A stretch of DNA of 63,970 bases, filler included, from Octopus bimaculoides (GCF_001194135.2; 6 parts of 5 records of this genome joined end to end with filler, not necessarily neighbours in it); one strand, 5' to 3'. Positions 35,680-48,204 are shown, numbered from the whole stretch's first letter. Notes: generated by a model not told the origin, from the sequence alone. Numbers and translations are program-made.

Positions 35680-36110
35680 TATAAAAATAAAACTACTACT
35701 AATAATAATAATAGTTTCTTTATTGGCCACAAGAGCCGAACACAAAACAAATAGGGACAACACAAAACTAATAAAAACAACGATACCAAGTGGAGTGAGA
35801 AAACAGACGATTATACAGAGATATGCTTACCATTCCCACAATTACAAACCGCGTCAACGAATGAAATTTCTATGTAAAGTGGATTTACGGTCATCAAAAA
35901 CTTCAGAATTGGAGGAGAAGGCACTCATTGGAGTCGATAGACAATGAGAAGCGAAGTAAACATGCATACTTGGAAGCTTGTAGTGTTAGTGTATGAAACA
36001 TGATAGGAAGTAGCACTCCTTTTATTGTTATTATGTGCTACTTTGTGAATCGGTATTTCGGACACTCGACATAATTTACTGTCCTTGAAAAACAGCTGTT
36101 ACACATAAAT

Positions 36111-36168
<58 letters not shown>

Positions 36169-36550
36169 NNNNNNNNNNNNNNNNNNNNNNNNNNNNNNNN
36201 NNNNNNNNNNNNNNNNNNNNNNNNNNNNNNNNNNNNNNNNNNNNNNNNNNNNNNNNNNNNNNNNNNNNNNNNNNNNNNNNNNNNNNNNNNNNNNNNNNNN
36301 NNNNNNNNNNNNNNNNNNNNNNNNNNNNNNNNNNNNNNNNNNNNNNNNNNNNNNNNNNNNNNNNNNNNNNNNNNNNNNNNNNNNNNNNNNNNNNNNNNNN
36401 NNNNNNNAACATCGTCTCCAGCTGGCTATACGACACACTATCTGTGTCCTAAATCAGGACTGTCAGGTTATGTTGGCAAATAAATCTTTACTCTATAGTA
36501 CTGTTACTGAATGTGTATCGTTGAGAGATTTACATATATATATATATATA

Positions 36551-37710
36551 TTGGGTCATCCCATAAATAATGCAGATTTGTTATGTTTATTTTATTTTTA
36601 AAAATTAAGATAAACAAAGTTCTTTTTTAATCTAAAATATACTCTCCTTCATTTTCTACAATGCTCTTCTATCTACTTGGTAGACTTGTAAAAACTTTCT
36701 TCCAAAATTCACTCGTCCGTGACGAAAAATACTTCTCCATTGCTGTTCTGACCTCGTCTACAGAATTCATATTTTTGTGTCCAAATGATTTTGAAGACTG
36801 CAGAATAAATGATAATTAGATGGGGCAATATCCGGCGAATATCGTGGGTGGGACATCGTTTCCCATTCAAACAGCTCCAGCCCTTCGAATGTCACCTTCG
36901 CGAGTATTATCCTGATGGAAGAACACTTTTCGTCTTGAAACCAAAGATGGTCGTTTCCCTTCCAGCGCTGACTTAAGCCACTCAAGTTGCTCGCAGTAGA
37001 TCTCCTTTGTTATCGTTTGGTTTGGGTTTAATAGTTCAAAGTGGGCTAAATCTTTCGTATCCTTACGTGGATAAAGACCTTCTTAGCCTGGGGTGCCGGT
37101 GTTTCTCCTTTCCCTATCTGCTGTCTTCGGCGCTTGACATTCTTATAGAGAACCCATTTCTCGTAACCAGTCACTATTCGATCCAAAAAAGGTTTATTCG
37201 TGAGACGCGACTGCAAAGAAGAGCACATATTCATTCTGTGCGTGATAAGACTCGGAAAGTTTGTGAGAAATCCATTGACCCAATTTGTTAACTTTTCCGA
37301 TGACACGCAGGTGCCGATGAAAGGTTGAATGATCAAATCCATGCTTCTCTGCTAGTTTCCCAACAGTTACGATGGGATTTTGTGCCATCAGGGTTTGCAA
37401 GACGTCCTCGTCGAGCTCTAAAGATCTTCCAGGACGAGGCTCATCTTCTAAGCTGTAGCTTCCGGCTCAGAATTTCCGGAAATACCGTTGACACTGGATT
37501 ATGCTTATCGTCCGATCTCCATTTACTGTATTAATATTCTTCGCAGTTTCCGTTGCGTTGTTGCCTTTATTGAACTCATAAAGCAAAATATGCTCCTTTG
37601 TCACTTCCATTATAGCTTTGAAAAGATAACTTAAAATCGAACTGTACTCTTCAAAAAGCAATAAGAATAAGTACAAGGTAAAATTACTACCTGCTTTTAT
37701 AGGAAGTTGA
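36551..37710 (-). mobile_element. Decayed near-full-length mariner transposon
   Basis: LLYEFNKGNNATE, KLGQWISHKL, IVTGYEKWVLYKN and HPRYSPDIAPSNYHLF remnants. TA plus the TIR TTGGGTCATCCCATAAATAATGC at the left; right TIR degenerate. Confidence 0.9.
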
Positions 37711-37829
37711 TGCAGGTACTTAATCCCGCCCCCTCTGTCTTGTTCTCACCGTCTTGTTCTTGTTAATACTTTCACCCTCCGCAAAAAATTCTAAATTTTA
37801 TTTAATTTGCTTTGTGGGAAGGACTGTTC

Positions 37830-38035
37830 CAATGAAGTCACGTATTGTCCTTGCCTTCGAAACGTGGAGTAGATGGAACAGGGACAACTGACGAAGGGAT
37901 ATACTCTTTATGTTACACGTCTCGTTTCTCTGTTTGTTTTTATAATTGTTCGAAAAAAGTTCGTTTTCTATTTTCGTTTCTATGTTTTCGTTTCTCATTG
38001 TGTTTAACGTTTTTTTATGTCCTGTACCCATACAT
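37830..38035 (+). mobile_element. Possible Penelope-like 3' end
   Basis: ttcgaaacgt...actgacgaaggg followed by a T-rich tail and microsatellite; resemblance only. Confidence 0.3.
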
Positions 38036-38373
38036 GCATGTATGTATACATATAGATGTAGGTATGTACATATATGTATGGATATATGCATATATTTATA
38101 TNNNNNNNNNNNNNNNNNNNNNNNNNNNNNNNNNNNNNNNNNNNNNNNNNNNNNNNNNNNNNNNNNNNNNNNNNNNNNNNNNNNNNNNNNNNNNNNNNNN
38201 NNNNNNNNNNNNNNNNNNNNNNACCTTATTACTCTGATATAAGAAAACAATTTCATTATAACTGCCACAAAAGGTGTATTTTCCATCGCGGAAAAGTACA
38301 AAAAACTGTCAGCTGGAGGAGGGAGAGATTGTCGGAGGTTTTCAGAGGTTGATGAGAGGCAAAGACATTATTC

Positions 38374-39053
38374 GGATCTTGTTCAAAACGGGGGCACCAG
38401 TTTTCATTTATGTTTTATGTAGTGTTTTTGGTACCGAAAGACTTTCAAACTTCGTATACTTATCTATTTTGTGTTATAGAACAGAAAAAAAAATTTGTAT
38501 TCGAATTTATTTCATGAAAAAAATTGTCTTATTTCGATAATTTCAACCAATCACTGACAAGTATTCAGCTGTTTACACTTACTCCTTTGGCACTTTAAGC
38601 CGTGTAAAGTGTATTTACTCTCCATTACTTCTGACATTTTGCAGAGGCAACACACGTGTGTTCGTCTTCCCTAACCCTAACCCTAACCCTAACCCTAACC
38701 CTAATTGACTTGCTCTTTCCCTCAAAAACCATGCCTTGTGCCTATAATAGAAAGGTTTATTAGCTACTGCCAATATGCTTCAGCCATTTTTTGACAAGGA
38801 AATAATAATTTTATCACCGCCGCGAATCGTTTGTTCATATAGTCAGCACTTAATTTCTACGGCTGAATGGACGTCAGTCATTGATTGAAATTACAGAAAT
38901 ACGACAACTTTAACATGAAATAACTTGTGATGTACGTTTTTTTGTTAAGAAGACTAAGAGAAAAAGATGTTTTATATGACACATTCTACCAGTGTCCCAA
39001 GTTTCAAAGTGTCTCGTTAAGAAAATACTGGTGCCCCCGTTTTGAACAAGATC
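38374..39053. mobile_element. Non-autonomous DNA transposon with 9-bp TSD (Merlin- or MULE-like)
   Basis: 27-bp perfect TIR gatcttgttcaaaacgggggcaccagt (38375-38401 / 39027-39053); TSD acattattc at 38365-38373 and 39054-39062. Confidence 0.85.
38669..38704. repeat. Interstitial telomeric-type repeat (CCCTAA)6
   Basis: Six perfect units. Confidence 0.95.
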
Positions 39054-39167
39054 ACATTATTCTGCTTAGCGAAGGCATCTAGGAAATGCATAAGTGTTGT
39101 CATTCACAGAAAAACTATTGTTTTACCATGAGAAAAGCACTGTTGAAATGTCAAGTGAAATATAGGT

Positions 39168-39549
39168 GGAGGCGCAATGGCCCAGTGGTTAGAACAGCAG
39201 ACTCGTGATCATAGGAACACGGTTTCGATTCCCAGACCGGTCGTTGTGAATGTTTATTGAACAAAAACACCTAAAGCTCCATTAGGCTGCGGTAGGGGGT
39301 GGTGTTGAACCCTGCTGTATTCTTTCACCACAACTTTCTCTCACTCTTTCTTTCCGTCTCTGTTGTACCTGTATATCAAAGGGCCAAGCCTTGTCACACT
39401 CTGTGTCACACTGAATCTCCCCGAGAACTACGTTAAGGGTACACGTGTCTGTGGAGTGCTCAGTCACTTGCACGTTAATTTCACCAGCAGGCTGTTCCGT
39501 TGATCGGATCAACTCAGGCACCCTCGTCGTCGCAACCGACGGAGAGTCA
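39168..39549 (+). mobile_element. SINE family C
   Basis: Full copy. Confidence 0.88.
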
Positions 39550-40624
39550 CGATATATATATATATATATATGTATATANNNNNNNNNNNNNNNNNNNNNN
39601 NNNNNNNNNNNNNNNNNNNNNNNNNNNNNNNNNNNNNNNNNNNNNNNNNNNNNNNNNNNNNNNNNNNNNNNNNNNNNNNNNNNNNNNNNNNNNNNNNNNN
39701 NNNNNNNNNNNNNNNNNNNNNNNNNNNNNNNNNNNNNNNNNNNNNNNNNNNNNNNNNNNNNNNNNNNNNNNNNNNNNNNNNNNNNNNNNNNNNNNNNNNN
39801 NNNNNNNNNNNNNNNNNNNNNNNNNNNNNNNNNNNNNNNNNNNNNNNNNNNNNNNNNNNNNNNNNNNNNNNNNNNNNNNNNNNNNNNNNNNNNNNNNNNN
39901 NNNNNNNNNNNNNNNNNNNNNNNNNNNNNNNNNNNNNNNNNNNNNNNNNNNNNNNNNNNNNNNNNNNNNNNNNNNNNNNNNNNNNNNNNNAAAGTTTGCG
40001 TACGTAGTCCTTGCAATGCCACCCTTAATTTACTTTTCCATTAACAACGAGCTCTGTTCCACTCTGTGACTTCATCAACGAGAGTGTCTATATATGTATG
40101 TGCGTATGTGTGCGATGTGTTTATATCGCCCACATACAGTGCGGACTAACATACGTTTGTATACTTGTGTGTGTGTGTGTGTGCATGTTTAATGTTTTCT
40201 CTTTTTCTCCTTTATCTTTCTCTTCCCCGCTCCTCTCTTCCTCGTTCTCCCTGTCTTTCTCACGTCTTCTCTTTCTTTTTTTCATCTGTATTATGTATCC
40301 AGCACTTACTACTAATGTCGACTATGAAGTCCAATCTAGTGTGGGGCCACCAACGAGGTGCAAAAATAAAATAAAATAAAATAAAATAAAATAAAATAAG
40401 ATAAATAAATTAATCATAAAAACAATTATGAAACAATTAAAAAATAAACAATAAAGATCATTAATATGTAGAATGAAATAAAGATAAAGGAGAAAAGAGA
40501 GAAGGAAAGAAGGGGAAGAGGAAAGAAAGAAGGAAACTAGGAAGGGTTTTTGGGAAGGAAATGTTATTTTCTCTCCTCCCCCTCTCGCTCACCCTCTTTC
40601 GTTCTCTCTCTCTCGCTTTCCCTA

Positions 40625-40682
40625 CACATACATACAGCGATAGACAGACAGGCAGTCAGCAGTCAGACAGACAGACAGGAAG

Positions 40683-40719
<37 letters not shown>

Positions 40720-40748
40720 TAGATAGATAGATAGATAGAGAGATAGAG

Positions 40749-40779
<31 letters not shown>

Positions 40780-40858
40780 CAGATAGATAGATAGATAGAC
40801 AGATAGATAGATAGATAGTCAGTAAGTCATACTGACAGACAGACAGACAGATAAACAC

Positions 40859-40945
<87 letters not shown>

Positions 40946-40947
40946 CA
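40625..40947. repeat. (ATAG)n/(ACAG)n microsatellite
   Basis: Direct reading. Confidence 0.95.
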
Positions 40948-41009
40948 TTTCTTTTATTAGCCACACAGGGCTCAACGAAGATGGGACAAATACAATGTAG
41001 AGCTTTTCT
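40948..41009 (-). mobile_element. Probable LINE 3' terminus
   Basis: Minus strand ...gagccctgtgtggctAATAAAagaaatg runs directly into (TATC)n. Confidence 0.45.
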
Positions 41010-41979
41010 NNNNNNNNNNNNNNNNNNNNNNNNNNNNNNNNNNNNNNNNNNNNNNNNNNNNNNNNNNNNNNNNNNNNNNNNNNNNNNNNNNNNNNNNNNN
41101 NNNNNNNNNNNNNNNNNNNNNNNNNNNNNNNNNNNNNNNNNNNNNNNNNNNNNNNNNNNNNNNNNNNNNNNNNNNNNNNNNNNNNNNNNNNNNNNNNNNN
41201 NNNNNNNNNNNNNNNNNNNNNNNNNNNNNNNNNNNNNNNNNNNNNNNNNNNNNNNNNNNNNNNNNNNNNNNNNNNNNNNNNNNNNNNNNNNNNNNNNNNN
41301 NNNNNNNNNNNNNNNNNNNNNNNNNNNNNNNNNNNNNNNNNNNNNNNNNNNNNNNNNNNNNNNNNNNNNNNNNNNNNNNNNNNNNNNNNNNNNNNNNNNN
41401 NNNNNNNNNNNNNNNNNNNNNNNNNNNNNNNNNNNNNNNNNNNNNNNNNNNNNNNNNNNNNNNNNNNNNNNNNNNNNNNNNNNNNNNNNNNNNNNNNNNN
41501 NNNNNNNNNNNNNNNNNNNNNNNNNNNNNNNNNNNNNNNNNNNNNNNNNNNNNNNNNNNNNNNNNNNNNNNNNNNNNNNNNNNNNNNNNNNNNNNNNNNN
41601 NNNNNNNNNNNNNNNNNNNNNNNNNNNNNNNNNNNNNNNNNNNNNNNNNNNNNNNNNNNNNNNNNNNNNNNNNNNNNNNNNNNNNNNNNNNNNNNNNNNN
41701 NNNNNNNNNNNNNNNNNNNNNNNNNNNNNNNNNNNNNNNNNNNNNNNNNNNNNNNNNNNNNNNNNNNNNNNNNNNNNNNNNNNNNNNNNNNNNNNNNNNN
41801 NNNNNNNNNNNNNNNNNNNNNNNNNNNNNNNNNNNNNNNNNNNNNNNNNNNNNNNNNNNNNNNNNNNNNNNNNNNNNNNNNNNNNNNNNNNNNNNNNNNN
41901 NNNNNNNNNNNNNNNNNNNNNNNNNNNNNNNNNNNNNNNNNNNNNNNNNNNNNNNNNNNNNNNNNNNNNNNNNNNNNNN

Positions 41980-42140
41980 CAACTGCTATCGCGTGTGGGA
42001 CGAGTCGGTCTATCAGCCGAGTCTATCGTGAATATTGTCGCGCCTCCTTCCTTTAAACGGGAAGGAAGAGCTATTTTCATCGTACTTGTGGCTATGGCGA
42101 AAGAATGTGTATGGTGGACGCGTCTGAAAGGTCTAGAGAC
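41980..42140 (+). mobile_element. L1/Tx1-like ORF2 C-terminal fragment
   Basis: IFIVLVAMAKECVWWTRLKGL resembles the L1/Tx1 AKxxIWxxR motif. Confidence 0.5.
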
Positions 42141-42177
<37 letters not shown>

Positions 42178-42294
42178 GGACAGACAGACAGATAGACAAA
42201 CTGACAGTAAGACAGATACTCAGTGGGTCAGTCAGTCAGTCAGACAGACAGACAAACGGACAGACAGACAGACAAACGGACGGACAGACAGACG

Positions 42295-42352
<58 letters not shown>

Positions 42353-42360
42353 TAGATAAA
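42141..42360. repeat. (GATA)n/(GACA)n microsatellite
   Basis: Direct reading. Confidence 0.93.
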
Positions 42361-42598
42361 TTATGCGCCTGTTTCTACGTATGTATGTGCGCGCACTCGT
42401 ACATGTATGCGCGTACGCGTTAACGTGTGCATATATATATCTTGGATGCAAGTATGTAATTGTGTGTGTTGTATGTGTATGTATATTTATCAGGTTGTAC
42501 GTATGTGTGTCTCCCTCAACTCATAATGTGTGAATGTATAATTGTGCGGTTGCGTACAAATGTGACTGCGTTTACACGTGTATGTGTGTGCGTGCATG

Positions 42599-42642
<44 letters not shown>

Positions 42643-42830
42643 TGCGCGTGTGAGTCTGTATCTGATTGTATACGTTCAATGTATCAGATTTAACGCAAAT
42701 ATATTTGCACCAGGCTGTTATCAGACTTATCCCGAATGAACGAAAATGACAGCTAACCCTTTGTAACATAACCATAGAAACTATGACGGCGGAGGCGGGG
42801 GAAAAAAATAAGGAGCAAATTCGCGCGTGC

Positions 42831-42865
<35 letters not shown>

Positions 42866-42867
<2 letters not shown>

Positions 42868-43066
42868 CTTTTACTCTTACTTGTTTCAGTCATTTGACTG
42901 CGGCAATGCTGGAGCACCACCTTTTAGTCGAACAAGTCGACTCCAGGACTTATTCTTTGTAAGCCTAGTACTTATTCTATCGGTGTCTTTTGTCGAACAG
43001 CTAGGTTAGGGGAACACACACACACACACCAATATCAGTTGTCAAGCGATGGTGGGGGACGAACAC
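42866..43066 (-). mobile_element. SINE family B, 3' half
   Basis: Family tail. Confidence 0.85.
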
Positions 43067-43417
43067 NNNNNNNNNNNNNNNNNNNNNNNNNNNNNNNNNN
43101 NNNNNNNNNNNNNNNNNNNNNNNNNNNNNNNNNNNNNNNNNNNNNNNNNNNNNNNNNNNNNNNNNNNNNNNNNNNNNNNNNNNNNNNNNNNNNNNNNNNN
43201 NNNNNNNNNNNNNNNNNNNNNNNNNNNNNNNNNNNNNNNNNNNNNNNNNNNNNNNNNNNNNNNNNNNNNNNNNNNNNNNNNNNNNNNNNNNNNNNNNNNN
43301 NNNNNNNNNNNNNNNNNNNNNNNNNNNNNNNNNNNNNNNNNNNNNNNNNNNNNNNNNNNNNNNNNNNNNNNNNNNNNNNNNNNNNNNNNNNNNNNNNNNN
43401 NNNNNNNNNNNNNNNNN

Positions 43418-43592
43418 CCGTTGACTGAACACTATTCAATTTTTTTTCTCCGTGTTTTTCTCCTTGTCTCCGTATTCTTTCTGTTGAAGAGCGTAGCTCG
43501 AAACGTCAAGGACTTTCCGTATTCCCGAGCGTCATACTAATATATACTTTTGTTATTTACACCACCTGTCCTCGTCTGTTGTTATTTTTTGT
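43418..43592 (+). mobile_element. Penelope-like 3' end with a variant hammerhead core
   Basis: ctgttgaagagcgtagctcgaaacgtc followed by a T-rich tail and (AT)n. Confidence 0.45.
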
Positions 43593-43602
43593 ATATTCTC
43601 CC

Positions 43603-43614
<12 letters not shown>

Positions 43615-43633
<19 letters not shown>

Positions 43634-43793
43634 CACACGACGGGCTTCTATCAGTTTCCGTCTACCAAATCCGCTCACAAGGCTTTGGTCGGCCCGAGGC
43701 TATAGTAGAAGACACTTGCCGAAGGTACCCCGCAGTGGGACTGAATTCGTAACCATGTGGTTAGTAAGCAAGCTGCTTACCACACAGCCACGC
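43615..43793 (-). mobile_element. SINE family B, 5' half
   Basis: Family head. Confidence 0.85.
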
Positions 43794-43869
43794 CTATATA
43801 TGTGTGTGCGCGTTTGTGAACTTGCATGTGAGTATTTATGTATTTAGGTGGGGTGGGGGTCGATGAAAA

Positions 43870-43974
43870 TGTTGACGATTATGATGGTGACGACGATGAT
43901 GACGACGATGACGACGACGATGATGACGGCGGTGATCTTAGCGATGATAACGGCGATGGTGATGACGATGACAG

Positions 43975-44010
<36 letters not shown>

Positions 44011-44125
44011 GGATGATGAGGATGATGACGGTAATGATGATCATAATACTACCGCTGCTGTTACTGTTGATGGTGATGATGATGATGATGACGACGACGA
44101 CGGTGATGGTGGTGATGGTGATGTT
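43870..44125. repeat. (GAT/GAC/GGT)n low-complexity tract
   Basis: Direct reading. Confidence 0.93.
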
Positions 44126-44510
44126 TAGCCCCAGGTCAGGACAGAATACAGATGACCTTAGATCAAACACATTCCAGTAATGATCATCCCATCTTTCACT
44201 TATGTTTGAGAACCCAAACGCTGTTGTTGTTGTTGTTGTTAATGTTGTTGTGGTCGTCGTCGTTACTGCTGCTGCTGCTGTGCTCTCGTTTAGCCCCAGG
44301 CCATGCCTCGATCGAGCAGACCTACAATCAAAGAGGTCTTAGATCCGATCGTTGTCGACAGTTTTCTATGATGCGATAGGAACAGGAAGTGCATGGACTG
44401 ATGTGTTCTTTCACATCACATGACCGATGTGCGTGATTAGAGGCAGATTTGGTTGCTATTTTCAGCAGATTCAGAGACCCATATAGAAGCTTCCTCGTTG
44501 GCTTGCAGAG
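44125..44510 (+). repeat. Two fragments of an unclassified repeat starting tttagccccagg
   Basis: Starts at about 44125 and 44289; the same 12-mer occurs in the arms at 20996-21210. Confidence 0.45.
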
Positions 44511-44526
44511 AGACAGAGGAGTGAGA

Positions 44527-44558
<32 letters not shown>

Positions 44559-44945
44559 TACGTGCGTGCGTGCGTCTGAGTGTGTGTGCTGACTATGATA
44601 CGGAAATGTGTGTGTGTGTGTGAAATACGGAAATATGCGTGTGCCGGCGCTACTGCTACTGCTTGTGATGATGATGATGATGATGATGATGATGTGTGTG
44701 AGTGTGCGCGTGTGTGTCTCTATGTAGTGATATTTGTATGTATGAATGTGGCTGTCCTGGAAGGTATTTATGTGTGTGTGAGTGTGTGTGTATGCGTATG
44801 TGTATGCGTATGTGTGTGCGTGTGTAGGAGTCAGTATGTGTGTGTCTGTAAGTATGTGTACGGCGTGTATGTGTGCGCGTGTGTACGAGTCAGTATATGT
44901 GTGGGGCGAATCTGTATGTGTATGTGTGTGTATGAGTGTGTGTAT

Positions 44946-44998
<53 letters not shown>

Positions 44999-45653
44999 NN
45001 NNNNNNNNNNNNNNNNNNNNNNNNNNNNNNNNNNNNNNNNNNNNNNNNNNNNNNNNNNNNNNNNNNNNNNNNNNNNNNNNNNNNNNNNNNNNNNNNNNNN
45101 NNNNNNNNNNNNNNNNNNNNNNNNNNNNNNNNNNNNNNNNNNNNNNNNNNNNNNNNNNNNNNNNNNNNNNNNNNNNNNNNNNNNNNNNNNNNNNNNNNNN
45201 NNNNNNNNNNNNNNNNNNNNNNNNNNNNNNNNNNNNNNNNNNNNNNNNNNNNNNNNNNNNNNNNNNNNNNNNNNNNNNNNNNNNNNNNNNNNNNNNNNNN
45301 NNNNNNNNNNNNNNNNNNNNNNNNNNNNNNNNNNNNNNNNNNNNNNNNNNNNNNNNNNNNNNNNNNNNNNNNNNNNNNNNNNNNNNNNNNNNNNNNNNNN
45401 NNNNNNNNNNNNNNNNNNNNNNNNNNNNNNNNNNNNNNNNNNNNNNNNNNNNNNNNNNNNNNNNNNNNNNNNNNNNNNNNNNNNNNNNNNNNNNNNNNNN
45501 NNNNNNNNNNNNNNNNNNNNNNNNNNNNNNNNNNNNNNNNNNNNNNNNNNNNNNNNNNNNNNNNNNNNNNNNNNNNNNNNNNNNNNNNNNNNNNNNNNNN
45601 NNNNNNNNNNNNNNNNNNNNNNNNNNNNNNNNNNNNNNNNNNNNNNNNNNNNN

Positions 45654-45683
<30 letters not shown>

Positions 45684-45684
<1 letters not shown>

Positions 45685-45990
45685 GGTGCATGAGTGGTTG
45701 TGTGGTAAGTAGCTTGCTTACCAACCACATGGTTCTGGGTTCAGTCCCACTGCGTGGCACCTTGGGCAAGTGTCTTCTACTATAGCCTCGGACTGACCAA
45801 AGCCTTGAGTGGATTTGGTAGACGGAAACTGAAAGAAGCCCCTGTTGTACTCTTTCGCCCCGACTTTCTCTCGCTCTTTCTTCCTGTTTCTTGAGTAACG
45901 CTGCGATGGACTGGCGTTCCGTCCAGCTGAGGGGAACACATACGCCATAGAAATCGGGAAACCAGGCCCATGAGCTTGGCTGGGCTTTAA
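45684..45990 (+). mobile_element. Chimeric SINE: B head, C-like middle, V-domain-like tail
   Basis: B head to 45840, then cctgttgtactctttc...tttctctcgctctttc, then ctgcgatggactggcgttccgtccag. Confidence 0.7.
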
Positions 45991-46200
45991 AAGGGCGCAT
46001 AAATAAGTAAATAAAATTTCTAGATGAAGAGACATTGTCCAAAACGTTAAACTCTCTTCTGTTTCTGCTTTACAACAAAAGAATGAATTACCCTGCATTA
46101 TTATTGTTTCTGTTATTTATCAAAGAAGTCTCGGAAACGAAACATGTGATATTTTATTACCGTTCGGTGACGAAAATCTCCAGCATTGGATGATTGTTCC

Positions 46201-46600
46201 ATGGCTATGTGGTTAAGATGCTCGCTTAGCAACCACATAGTTTCGGGTTCAGTTCCATTACGTAACACTTAAGACAAATATCTTCAACTATAGGCGCAGG
46301 AGTGGCTGCGTGGCACCTTGAGCAAGTGTCTTCTGCTATAGCCTCGGGCCGAGGACTAGACGGAAACTGAATGAAGTCCGTCGTATATATATGTATATAT
46401 ATATGTATATGTATATGTTTGTGTCTGTGTTTGTCCCCCACCATCGCCTGACAACCGGTGTGGATGTGTTTACGCCCCCGTAACTTAGCGGTTCGGCAAA
46501 AGACATAGAATAAGTCCTGGGGTCGATTTGCTCGATTAAACCCTTCTAGGTGGCGTTCCAGCATGGCCACAGTCTAATGAAAGAAGTAAAAGAGTCAAAA
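46201..46600 (+). mobile_element. SINE family B with a duplicated head
   Basis: Head motifs at about 46201 and 46293. Confidence 0.75.
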
Positions 46601-46734
46601 AATGTATGCATGACTAGTCGATATATCTTATCCTCTGTGTGAGTCTCGTCACATTTTAGTTTTTGCTCAGAACTGTAGAGAAATACATAATATACATAAC
46701 ACACTTAGACACGCACACGCACGCACACACGCAC

Positions 46735-46810
<76 letters not shown>

Positions 46811-46814
46811 TCAG

Positions 46815-47050
46815 AATTAAATAAACAAACAACAAACGAAAAATATGACATATCTATATATATATATATATAATTCAGAAAAACGTGCAGTAAGTAAACA
46901 AACGAACATATACGAAATACACAGGCGAACAGGAAAAACAGACGGTCACCAATTCTTCATCAGTTATCGGTCAGAAGGTCAAACGCAATTTCAGCCATTA
47001 TCGATAATATTGCTTCCACTTTGAAGGCACCGACAAGAAACTTGCCGGGA
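46815..47050 (-). mobile_element. Possible Penelope-like 3' end
   Basis: Minus strand gaaattgcgtt...actgatgaaga followed by a T-rich tail; resemblance only. Confidence 0.3.
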
Positions 47051-47730
47051 ATGGAACCAAAGCTTAACAAATCGAGACGGGCTCGAGACGAGACTGTTAG
47101 CGGACGGACTAGGGACAAAACCGTCGGGAAGCAAGCTTCTTAACCATAGAGCCAAAAATAGAAAAGAATATAATTTCTGACACTAGAACTGAAAACAAAA
47201 CGCTTAATACTATTAATATATAACCTTTTAAGTTTATAGTTAGGATTTCCATACTTTTAATGTCAATGACATTCGTACCAGTACAAAAATGAAGTTGATT
47301 TAAAACCCTTCTCTCCGAAATGTTTGGCCTTGTGCCTATACCAGAAATCACAATTAATTCTTTTTTAAAACGTGTAGAATTTTCATTTATAAAGAAAAGA
47401 AACTCATTTACGTTATCTTATCTTTGACAGTCTATGTGCTTAGCTGTGTCTTGTTCTCTTGCCTGCGTAAACGAATGAAGTTGCCGTTAGCTGAGCTTGG
47501 TTTCTATTCTATTATATCTTGTTTTGTTTTATTTTTCAACTACTTAGTGACGTCCAGCTGTCTTAAATTGTCCAGAGAATAATTCCTCATTAGTATTACA
47601 CGTTTCAGAGTTATCTTTATTAATCACCATGTATAAAATCGGATTTTGTAAATGAGAGCTTTTGTGCATGTATATGACCGGTGTGTATATATATGCGTGC
47701 GAGTGTATGCGCGCGTGTTTAGAGACCAAA

Positions 47731-47763
<33 letters not shown>

Positions 47764-47799
47764 GTTATAATTATTATTATTGTTATTATTATTATTATT

Positions 47800-48186
47800 G
47801 GTTCCGGGTTCAGTCCCACTGCGTGGCACTTTGGGCTAGTGTCTTCTACTATAGCCTCGGGCCGACCAAAGCCTTGTGAGTGGATTTGGTAGACGGAAAC
47901 TGAAAGAAGACCGTGGTATATATGTATACGTATATATGTATACGTATATATATATATGTATGTGTGTGTTTGTGTGTCTATGTTTGTCCCCCCCCCCACC
48001 AACATTGCTTGACAACCGATGCTGGTGTGTTTACATCCCCGTAACTTAACGGTTCGGCAAAAGAGACCGAAAGAATAAGTACTAGGCTTACAAAGAATAA
48101 GTCCTGGGGTCGATTTGCTCGACTAAAGGCGGTGCTCCAGCATGGCCGCAGTCAAAATGACAGAAACAAGTAAAAGAGTAAAAGAG
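47800..48186 (+). mobile_element. SINE family B, 5'-truncated
   Basis: Near consensus from the B box onward; preceded by (ATT)n. Confidence 0.9.
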
Positions 48187-48204
48187 TATTATTATTATTA
48201 TTCA

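Noticed and set aside
39168-39240. tRNA-like heads with A and B boxes (also 13750-13823 and 23294-23365)
   Set aside because: They continue into shared SINE bodies and lack a proper acceptor stem; not tRNA genes.
43838-44180. Poly-Asp, poly-Ile and poly-Met ORFs; possible TM exon for the LRR gene
   Set aside because: A (GAT)n microsatellite open in several frames, with no splice sites.
2335-45785. Long ORFs in the ORF track full of X or dipeptide repeats (YI, CV, HT)
   Set aside because: They result from translating N gaps and microsatellites; no coding evidence.
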